The notes beneath the pieces are model-generated. The model did not search any database, was not told where the DNA came from, and saw nothing but the letters and a program-made list of their open reading frames with translations. The position numbers and the translations under genes are program-made. Shown piece after piece: positions 24,501 to 34,627 of a stretch of 64,000 nt of DNA; the stretch's first letter is position 1; each line of letters opens with the position of its first letter. Origin of the DNA: Rhodosorus marinus CCMP1338 (lineage: Eukaryota > Plantae > Rhodophyta); contig JAMWBK010000003.1 of assembly GCA_029953675.1 (NCBI GenBank), positions 496,001 to 560,000 on the forward strand, in the 5' to 3' direction.

Positions 24501-25112
24501 GAGCTCCAGAAGCTGCAAAATTTTGCGCTCTGATGACCAGACAGCACCCCGTGCTACTCTCCTTTGGTATGTTGTATGTGCTCGAACCACTTGGCATGAT
24601 CTCGACTCTAGCCAGAAGGTTTCCGAAACTTTTGTAGTTAGATGCTCACCAGAGTGGAGACTCTCGTCTATCAGAAAGTGTAATTAACAGCCAAGATCAA
24701 GAGAGGTCGGCAGCGGGCGGGGTCCGGCGATACATGCTCAGAATCTACTCCTCGGACAGCACCTCGGGCCAAAACTTTTGATACACGTGGCAATCCGTTT
24801 AGCCCGCAGACGTGACTAGCTCCGGCCTCTTTTTCATGTACACAAGTACATTCCCCACCATTTTCTCCCCGCAGAGCCAGCTGATGTACTCGACTTCTGC
24901 GCGAGCGGATGCGAAAACAGGGTGAGAGCGTACAGGCAGCAAGCGAAAAAAAAAATCCAATGCCTTCCTTTCCCTAACTAGGCTGAAAAAAGCCCATTCC
25001 GTTTTTCTCCCCAACTCAGTGCCAACAAAGTGATTAATAATAATCCTTAATTCTGATGATTGAAAAAAAAGTATAGTGATTGACACGTCCGGAGAAACGT
25101 GGTAATCTGTAT

Positions 25113-25412
25113 ATAATGACTGATGTAATGACTGATGTAATGATTGATGTAATGACTGATGTAATGACTGATGTAATGCGTGGTGTAATGACTGATGTAA
25201 TGACTGATGTAATGACTGATGTAATGACTGATGTAATGACTGATGTAATGACTGATGTAATGACTGATGTAATGACTGATGTAATGACTGATGTAATGAC
25301 TGATGTAATGACTGATGTAATGACTGATGTAATGACTGATGTAATGACTGATGTAATGACTGATGTAATGACTGATGTAATGACTGATGTAATGACTGAT
25401 GTAATGACTGAT
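25113..25412. repeat. Minisatellite, 25 x 12 bp (GTAATGACTGAT)
   Basis: 300 bp of near-perfect units. Variants: unit 1 ATAATGACTGAT, unit 3 GTAATGATTGAT, unit 6 GTAATGCGTGGT. Confidence 0.98.
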
Positions 25413-26588
25413 TACTTAATTCGAATTGATTTCAGGCCAACCGCCGTCTCCTTCATTTGCCGTCTCAGGAGACATCTGGGATAGAGGTGTGATATGTGAT
25501 CGTGGACGAAAGGGTAGGCGGGAATGGCTTCACATACCCACCTCCATGCCCTGTTCGGAGGGTATTTGGATGGGAAGCCATCGCTTTGGTTGCAACAGTT
25601 TGTTTTTGTCGACTGGCTAGACCTGTTGAGTTTTAAACGGCTGTGTAGGAAGTCTTTTTCGGATGAGATTGGTATTCAGGAGTAGGAAAGTTTCCCCACG
25701 GGACTGTGGCTAGGGTACCGGTTTTTGGTTGAGGTTTGGCGTTCTCAGAGGTGAGTGCGGGCGTTCTCCTTATCTTTCGCGTTCTAGGACATGATGACTT
25801 GATTCTCCTTTCCCCAACCGATCGACCATGGTGATTGTAAGGATGTCGGGCAGAGCCAATCTGTTCCGCGTTAGTTGATCCTAGTGAATTTGCTTTAGTC
25901 CTGCTTTTGGTTGTTCGCTTAGCGTTTCCGTAATCTTACCGAAGGTCTGAAAATCTGTGCTTAGGAAACTTATCGATGTCCAGTGTTCGGCTTTTCGAGA
26001 CGATTCGTTCAAATTCTAAGAAGACGAGACTGTTGTAGGTCTTCCATTTCGGGGTGGTTTCCCGGAAGAACTACTAAGAAGGCGATGATTTTTGTAGACT
26101 AAGCGAGCTCAACTAGATCAGAAACACTAGCTTGTTCTCCCCCGATCAATATTTAGTTTACAATGATGTCCAAGGACCAACCAAGCCAACCCGAAGGTTG
26201 ATGCCGTAGCGTGTAGTACAGCTACCAGGACATACCTCGAGTCCAGTCAAGTGCGAATGGTGGTGGTAGGGAAAAATCAGCACTCGCCAGCCGCGGTCCA
26301 ACTCAGGAACATAGGCATAGACATTTGCACTTAATTCCCGATGATCCAGATAAGGTTGCAAAACTTATTGACGCGAGGGAAATTGTGTACCCGTCGCGGC
26401 CCACTCAAACTCCCAAGGACACCAGTCTCGAGGGACTAAGCTAGTATTCCTGAGCAATCAGTCGAGCACCGAAATGCAAGCTTTTTACTGCTATACAATG
26501 GGTGCTTCTATGGGCGTTAGATCGTTTAGCGCTACCTTCAATAACCCTTCTTCACTCTCACTTCTCTCCCTTTGTGCACATCTCCTAG

Positions 26589-27712
26589 CTAGTCCGCATG
26601 ATCCCGATTATCTGTACACGCAAGCGCAAAAGACGAGGAAGAGCACGAAACGCATAAGACTGCAGTCCTTTTCTGAAGCTCTGCCTATTACAGCACTTAC
26701 CCTGCGCAGTTTCGCGTCTCAGATTTGCGCCCGTGCTGTAATCCGACTCCGTGAAACTCCCCAATTCCTGCTCCGTCGGCCGTTCCACGGGCTGTGCGTG
26801 AGGAGGCTGTGAATTCAAAAACATGTGCAGGATATGAGCTTTCCTGCAATCAGTGGATTGACGGTGGATTCGTTTCATCCACTGGTCTTACCTGGGCTGT
26901 AGTCGTCCGTTCCTCGTTCATATAGGAATTGTAGAGCGCACCGAGTTTCGAGGCTGTAGCTGCAAAAGGAAAAATAATCATGGAAATACAGCAAACAGTC
27001 CAGCGTTCGTCAAAGCGCTTCACGGATAACATATTGACCGAGCTCTAGTCCCTACCATTGCCAAATTCCTTAGCTTTGGTCAGCGCAGTAGTGAATCCCT
27101 CCTGCAGCGTTTCACCGAAGTCATCGGAAGCTGTTGTTTCCCCTTGCGGACGCGTTCCAGAGGATCTATAATGCCTATGGGACATCGCACGTTGTCTTCT
27201 CTCCTCTTCCTATACCACCAAAATCACGTACCGTTAGAATCCGCAGCCGGACGGGCAGTCCCACAGTAACTGGCTTGCCTGTAAATTTCTCGCAAAGCTC
27301 TCGTCGTCTCGCATTTGCTTTTCTCTCTGTTCATCGGCAACAGGATTCCCGCTGTCATACACAATATTCGACGCCAGAGGTTGATCCGCAACACCCGTCG
27401 ACGGCTGATTAGGCGTCGTGTCCGCAGGACTAGTGGTAGGCCCGGAACTATTCACCAAATAGGAAAGGGAAAACCAAGAAACACTTCAAACTTTATGTCT
27501 AAAACGAATTGACAACCAGCCAAATTTGTCCCTGACTGCAAAGAAAAAAAGCCGACTCACGTGGTCGTATTCTGGCGCTCCGACACCAAGTGCAAAACCG
27601 CCTGGTCGATATTTCCGTTGAATGCCTCCAAGGTCAACTTTGCAAGCTCCCTCGAGACCTCAGGTACGACCGCGACCACGCCATCAATCTCCTCCTCTCC
27701 GAACGAAGCCAT
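26589..27712 (-). CDS. CUE/UBA-like domain protein with a DDESFARNLQEEE ubiquitin-interaction-like helix, about 6 short exons
   Basis: ATG at 27712 gives MASFGEEEIDGVVAVVPEVSRELAKLTLEAFNGNIDQAVLHLVSE (CUE-like). Intron 27448-27560 (GT-AG) and intron 27210-27278 (GC-AG) join FARNLQ to EEERRQR. Further GT-AG introns keep the frame to a TAG at 26589-26591. The 3' end is less certain. Confidence 0.75.
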
Positions 27713-30700
27713 TCCCTTTCAACGCTCTTTCCAACCCAACTCTCTCTCAAAACATCCACCACAATTACACTCCCTGCCACTGTCCACACACAGGCCCTGT
27801 CAACTCACCCACTCCTCACCCTCCCGCAATTACCCCAACCAAACCACAAAAACAAACCAAAAGAAGCTATAAGACCTTCCAAAGCAATGCAAGCCTGGAA
27901 CACCAACTCCAACACTCCCCCCCGAGCAATCCCCTCCTGCAGCTGCGCTCCATGGACGATCTCAAAACGTTATAAGAAGCTCTATGGCTATGCTGGTTTC
28001 TTGTTTCTTACCTCTCTCTCAGGTTTTTCTATTCATACATCTTCATAAACAGATTGATCTCTTCTGAATACGTCCAAAATGGTAAGTGGTTCAGAGACTA
28101 GGATTCATTGATCGAAGCTAAAAACCTAATGGATCTCTTCCTTCCCAACCCGACACACCCCACCAGTTAAAATACCTCGGTATCTAAACACTCAGTTGCC
28201 CACTCAATTCAACTATGAAAATGATTGAAGAAGATTTGGTTCAGTCTTTTTGGAGGGTCTTTGTTTTGACCGGTTTTGTGTACATAAAGTCATCGAAATA
28301 CGGACAATTTATTATTTTAAAACATTATTTTCTTTAAGAGTATTGTCAGTTGTGGGTTTCGAGTGGGCAAGTATGTGAGTCTTTTTGTGGTCGCTGCGGT
28401 CTTGTCTTGGTTTGCTAGGTGCTCTTTCGTAACTCTCAAGCGAACTCGCGATACTGAGACTGGAATGTCACACCTGATCCAGCGAAAGGCCAATGCTTAC
28501 GTCGAGTCCCTCCGCTTTCGCTTGCGCTGAGACCTCTTCGTCGACGGAAACAAGTATCGTCGAAGCTTGCGTCAGTCCGGGTGCTTTTGGCTTCACGCCA
28601 TGCAGGATCCCAAAAGGAGTTACTCCCTGAGCTAGACTAGTTTGGCCGTTAGCGAATGTATCTCAACACAACAGGGGTGCCTTTTACAGGTGAATCAAAA
28701 AACCCCATTGCTGTTTATATCGCTGCGCGACAACCCTACAAAAGTACTCCTAAGAGGGTTCTTTGTACCTAGTGAGTGTGTTTTGAAGGCGAGAATCGTG
28801 CGCCTCCAGCAATAAGCAGCATTCACACGCTACAGTAGAAAACGCAAAAAGGTAAACAACGGGGCGAGCCAATCTGGACGCGCACGGAACACTTCGCGGA
28901 GTAAACAAGAACCAACCGATTCAATGAAACCGAAACACTCAATAGCCAAACGTATTAGGCAGCGGGCCAAAGCCGAAGCTCGAATTACCAGGATAGCAAG
29001 CCCCACCCTCGTACGTGCACTTCTTTGGGGCGATATGCGGGAACGCAAAGGTTTTCGTTCAAGGTACGAACTGCGGTAAGACGATTTGGTTCAGTCTCTT
29101 TTCGAGGTTGTCCTTTTTGTTTATGTGTATACTTTGTAAGTCGTTGTAACGCAGCGCAGGCACACATCCACGCTCAGGTTTGCAAACCTCACGGCTCTCA
29201 TATCCAAATCGGCGGCGTGGTTGGGCAAACATATCTTTTCAGCGGTGTCTCGCGGAGTCTCGCTTTGGATGTATGGCTGCGCTGGGTCTATGGTCCTTGT
29301 ATAAAAGCCCAATATCACAGCCAAGCAACCTGCAAGATTTACACTGTCCTTCTGAATGGTCGGCGCATGACTCAGCAGCAAAGTGTTGCCGTTGTCTACG
29401 CCGCCGCCAAATCATTGTCTACGGTCAGAAGAATCCTCGTTGGACTCCAATAAAATTTAACTATTGACAGAAAATAAACGTACTAACGCATTCAGTCAAA
29501 GCGGTCCAATATTCGTTCCACTCTCTCGCAGTCTCTATCAAGAGCCCCGCCAGGAGTGTTGAGTACAGTCGGGGATTCGGTGAACACGTTTCGCTTCAGT
29601 CTTTGAACAACTCCGCTTTGGCACATTCGAAGCAACAGGGCATCCCGAACCCTGTCCACTTGGAGACAAACTTGCGTATCGCAAATGCGCAGATTCTACA
29701 ATGCAGCCTAAAAAGCCTGACCAATCCGTACCGCAGGAAGTAAGGAGAGCCCTAATCCAGCACCCGGCTCGTAGAGTTGAATGTCTCACAGTGAATGCAT
29801 GTGTCAACCCCGAATCCGGACAAGATCTAGCGGGAGAGGGAAACCAGAGTCTCTGAAAAGACCAGCTTCAGGCAGTTCAGCACCCGATGCATGAACCTGC
29901 ATAGCTGCTACCCTGAGTCTCTTCACAATTGATTTGATCCGTGATATGGCCTTGCAAACCCGTAATAGCCCCCTTCCGTATCTTTGCTGTTTGCACTAGA
30001 ACGCTTGTTCGGACCTAAAGGTCCTCATAAAAAAGTGCACCCCCCTTGCGCGCATTTCCCGGACTGCCTGCTCTAGTCCGGTGGACGTATTCAAATGGAG
30101 GTGAAACTTCGCGGTCTTAACGTTTGGTCTGAGGTGATTGAGTGAGTCGGGAGTGGGATGCGGGGCGGGAAGGGCCAATTTTACGCCAATTTGTCAAGTT
30201 CAAGGCGTTTCAAGTGACAGTCAGATCTCCGGTAAGCTCCAAACCCTGGCGACTTCCATTCCTCTGGCATGCCCAGCGCATTTTGAAACAGATTGCGGTC
30301 AATAGCCGTGCCGGAATATCCCCCTTCCGTATCTTTGTCATGTGGTTAAGAACGCGTGTTCGCTTCTGAAGGTCGTCACATCAAAAAAAGCAAACAGTTG
30401 TGCCGACTTCCCGCAGTAACCCACAGAGCTTGGATTTCTAGAGAAAGAGCAAAAATGAACTTAGTACGGAGACTTCCGCCAACACCGGCGGATTCCGCCT
30501 TCAACGAGACGTTATACGTGTTCGCCTGCAGCTTTTGGTAAAAAGGGCTTAGCTTCATTTCTCGTTTGGATATGGGATTCTTGATCGTGCATCTTAGAAT
30601 TGGGCTTAGGCCAATGGATCCTAGAATCTATGACTTCTTAAAACGATCATCGGCTCGAAGACTTTCACTTAGAATGCGCCTAGGCCCATTGATCTTAGAA

Positions 30701-31990
30701 TTCCGATTGAAATGATGACGAATTGAAAGAGGGGGCACTACGTTGTGAAACAAGGCTTGTTGATAATATACACAAGGTAATTGTCTGTGCTTGGTGTAGT
30801 TCTCCGGGCATTGAAATACGAATTGGATCGCGCATATTGCATGTTGGAGATTCCTGACTCAGACTGCACTGTTGTGACATCAGGACAACGTTGCCCGTTG
30901 TTTCCCGTTGTCACCGGCCATTCTGTTCACCTAGTTGTGGTAGATCGCACATCAGACTCTTCTTTCTCATAATCTCGGCACCGATCGAGTTGATCCCCAA
31001 ATAGAAGAAACGAGATGGATGAAATAAATAAAAAATAATATCATATTTGACAAATCCCTTACACTGCTGTTCACGGTTGTGGGGCATCTGCTACACACCC
31101 CGGCTTTTTGGGCGTTCTGATCTACCCTTTTTTGGTTGCGGGAACGTTTCCGAGCAGAGCGCGGATCCGAGCACGTAGGATTAGAACAGAAAAAAACGAG
31201 GAGCTCTTGCTGACTCACAAGACTCGAACCGCATATTTTCTACACCAAAGCGCTCAAACTATGACGGGGATCCCTGAAATGCGAAGCGTTGAGCAGGAAT
31301 CGAGCGGGGTGGAGAATCCTATTCCTTCAGCCGACTGGTAGGATCCTATCATTAGACCTCCAATTCGTCCACCACGAGCCCAAAAATATCTACAAATGCT
31401 CCTTTTTCAAGAGGCACACACCCGAGAACAACGTTGAAAAAAGCGACTTTATCAGGCAGGGAGAACCTCCTCACCAGGCCTCTACGGACAACGTTCCAAC
31501 TTTGCCAGTCTATCTTATAGACTTCGACCTCTTACACTGAAGAGCTCCAATCTCCCGTCTAATTCACCACTAGTTTCCCCCCAAAAAGTCCCCATCACCA
31601 CCCTACCGCCTTCCCACCTCCCTACCCTGCGCCCACTATTCCCCCCAAGTCCTCCCAACTGTCCCCACTGTAAGTGCTTTCAGTGCTCCAAGCCTAAAAA
31701 AATTGAAAAAAACCTCTCCGTGGCACCAAAAATTCACCGTCCCTTTTTTATGAAGGCAAACTCCACTGGAAAACTGTATCCCGAGAAAGCAGTGCTTCAA
31801 AATAGATTCATTTTTCACACCCATCTTGAAACTCATCGCCCCCACCCCATCTTGAAACCGACCAAAAATAAACAACTTTCACATTAGTCTACTCTAGTGA
31901 CTCTGTAGACATCCTAGAGGGGGAAGGGCGGGGGGGGGGAGGGGGATCTTTTGAGCGCGGCACGAAATTCTAAGCCGTTTTCCTGTATTT

Positions 31991-32079
31991 TATTTTAGAC
32001 AATCCAATATTGCCTCTCGACACTGTTTTACAAAATATTTTAGACAATCCAATATTGCTTCACGACATGTTTTACAAAA
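31991..32079. repeat. Tandem duplication of 45/44 bp containing CCAAT
   Basis: tattttagacaatccaatattgc...gaca.tgttttacaaaa occurs twice (31991 and 32036). Confidence 0.9.
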
Positions 32080-32964
32080 TATAAAAACACCTAAAATCTA
32101 TCATTAGAACGAATTGGAGAAAGTAGTCTAAAAAGAACGTAATACATCATAAATCCGTATGTATTATTAATATAATTCAGTATATTCTGCAGATATTTTT
32201 GAAATGTCTCTCATGAATCGAATCTATCTCGACGCTGGATTTTTCCTTGGTATCTTATGTTTCCTGTTGTAGAAGACACTTTTCTCGCTGAATTAAGAAT
32301 TAAAACTATTTAATGGTTGTTTATTTCGGCCAAGACGGGCCGCGGAGAAAGCTTTTTTCTTTTTCATACGACATCCTCGGTCCCTCTTTTTTTTTTTTTT
32401 TTTTTCCTGCTCCAACATGAAATTCTAATGGTCTGTTGCGTCAATACTTCTTGCACGAGGAAAAAATTTGGGAAACGGTGATATGTGAAAACTGATTATT
32501 TTAGGACTCTGCAACGACACAAACGATTTTTTTAAAAAATTGGAACAGATTCAGATACTTTCCAAAAGGAAAGAAAAAAACACGAGTAAAAGCGTACGAA
32601 ATCGTGGGTGCAGTTCAGGGCAGACACGTTTGTGCCCTCTCTAACCTTGGAACTGTCGAAGACGAGCAGAAAGCACGCAACATTCTGTAACTTAACGGAC
32701 GGAGGTACAGAAGAACATTCACAAACCTAGACAATCAGATCATTTAAATCATGCTCCATATCGGTCAAGATCAAGACTATTTGGTCTAAACATTATATTA
32801 CGTAGTATTCTATTGTTACCGTATATATTGATGAGGGATATCCACAAATATTGTTTGAACTAGATATTCGATTACCTATTGGCATATATCCAAATATATT
32901 ACTGTAAGAAATTACGTAGGCTGGGAAACGTAGGTCAGAATATGCCAGAGTAAGGAGAAACGAT

Positions 32965-33253
32965 AGAAACGTATTGCAGCCGATTAATCTAGCCATATGG
33001 ACTAAAGATTGAGGGTTAGCCAGGCCACAGGGGGTAAAAAAGGCAAAGGCAGCCGGTAGCAGAAACGCATTGCAGCCTATTAATCGAGCCATGTGGACTA
33101 AAGATTGAGGGTTAGCCAGGCCACAGGGGGTAAAAAAGGCAAAGCACAGCCCTTAGCAGAAACGCAATGCAGCCTATTAATCGAGCCATGTGGACTAAAG
33201 ATTGAGGGTTAGCAAGGCCACAGGGGGTAAAAAAGGCAAAGGCAGCCCTTAGC
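32965..33253. repeat. Three near-identical tandem copies of a 96/97/96-bp unit
   Basis: Units start at 32965, 33061 and 33158 (agaaacgcattgcagcctattaatcgagccatgtggactaaagattgagggttagccaggccacagggggtaaaaaaggcaaaggcagcccttagc). Confidence 0.97.
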
Positions 33254-34627
33254 TCGAGTATTGACCGACAAGATCATCCGCGGTATCTTTTTCATATTTC
33301 ATATATTTTATTGCTCGTCCCGCACAACCAGCCGACTTAAAGTTTGGGTTCATCATGAAGAGCTCCTCGTATGTAAGCACACGTGTCCTTCCCAGTCCTT
33401 TCTTGTTGGGAGGTTCTCACATTTGTCCGAGGTTTTTTTCCATAATGAAAAAAGCATGGTCCTCGCCCATTCACGAGGATGTGTAGCCAGTAATTTCGTT
33501 TTTCAATTATAATATATTCTAATCGTCTCGGAATGGCTTCACAGAAAGGAATGGGCAGAAAGAGAAAAACCACTGGCGCACGCAGAAAAGAGGTGTACTA
33601 AAATGTTTTGAAAAACAAAACTTTGATGCCGGCGATTTTGGAAGCGAATTCTATCCGTGAGAAAAAATGAAACAAAATGCGACCGGGGGGGCCAGCTTTT
33701 TCAATGTTACCGAAATTCTCTTACACGGAGCTATATCAAAATTTTTTAGCCACTTGAAGAAAAACCAAAAAAAAGCGGCTTTCACCGGTTCGTTGGCTTC
33801 ACCCTCCCTCCATTTCCGTCTAAATATATTTATTCCCAAGCCCCTATTCTATGCAATCTTTAAACCCCTTCAGATTCCAAAAATGAAATATCTTAAAAAC
33901 TCATCATTATATGTTTATTCAATAGTCCGGAGTTTCATCTTGACGGCAACCCCTCTTTTCTCATCATGTGGAACCTCTTTAAGTACGACAATCCTTGTCA
34001 GAAGTTCTGCAGATGGGCGAATGATATGGACTTTAAAGGGAGGTTACATAAATTATGACTAGAAGCTATGTAAATTGCCTAAATAGTTTGAAATGTTCTT
34101 ATTGATCAGAGAGTCTGAGTTTAATTTAGAGCCTCTTCTATATGTTGACCCCGAAAAGTCTAGAATAGATATTGAGAAAAAAATTGAATTCTATGGGCTG
34201 TTGAAAATGTACTATATAGTTCTGTGCCTGCTTCACGAGCATTCGGTAGATAAGCTGGCGGAGCGGCTCGGGCATGGACTGAGGTTGGGCGGATCCGATT
34301 GCTTTGGAAAGACGTAAGCTTTAGGAGAGTTGTAACTGAGTCTTCCAGAGCCAGGCCCAGCAACTCCCGCAGCTTCCTTGAGGTGGTTGTTCATTGCTCA
34401 CTTTCGTTGTTCAGGGGCGCTTGTGCGTTGAAGAAGGGAGAGAACAAACCCGCACGGTGTCGGGTTGAGCAGAAGTTTGATTGCCTGGGTCCCTTTCCTG
34501 GTTCCGGACAAGGTGTCTATCTTAGATGGGAAGTTGATGGCAGACTTGAAGGGAAAGTTTGTCATTGTCTTAGTACACATTCAGCTGTGAACCCAGTTGG
34601 TGGTGTTTGGTATTTTCCAGGAAGATC

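Noticed and set aside
26211-26218. U2 snRNA branch-recognition motif GTGTAGTA
   Set aside because: The flanking U2 sequence (AAGATCAA upstream, TCTGTTC downstream) is absent.
28679-28687. U5 snRNA loop I nonamer GCCTTTTAC
   Set aside because: The flanks do not form the closing stem and no Sm site is positioned downstream. The similar run at about 9146 has only three T.
31200-31300. tRNA-like T-loop GGTTCGAGTC on the minus strand
   Set aside because: The T-stem does not pair and no cloverleaf can be built.
33010-33020. Telomerase-template-like CTAACCCT in the 96-bp unit
   Set aside because: Only 8 nt, less than 1.5 repeats, with no supporting structure; the telomere repeat of this organism is unknown.
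25113-33253. CRISPR-like interpretation of the tandem arrays (also 17.8 kb and 44.6 kb)
   Set aside because: Units are contiguous or degenerate without unique constant-length spacers, there are no cas genes, and the context is eukaryotic.
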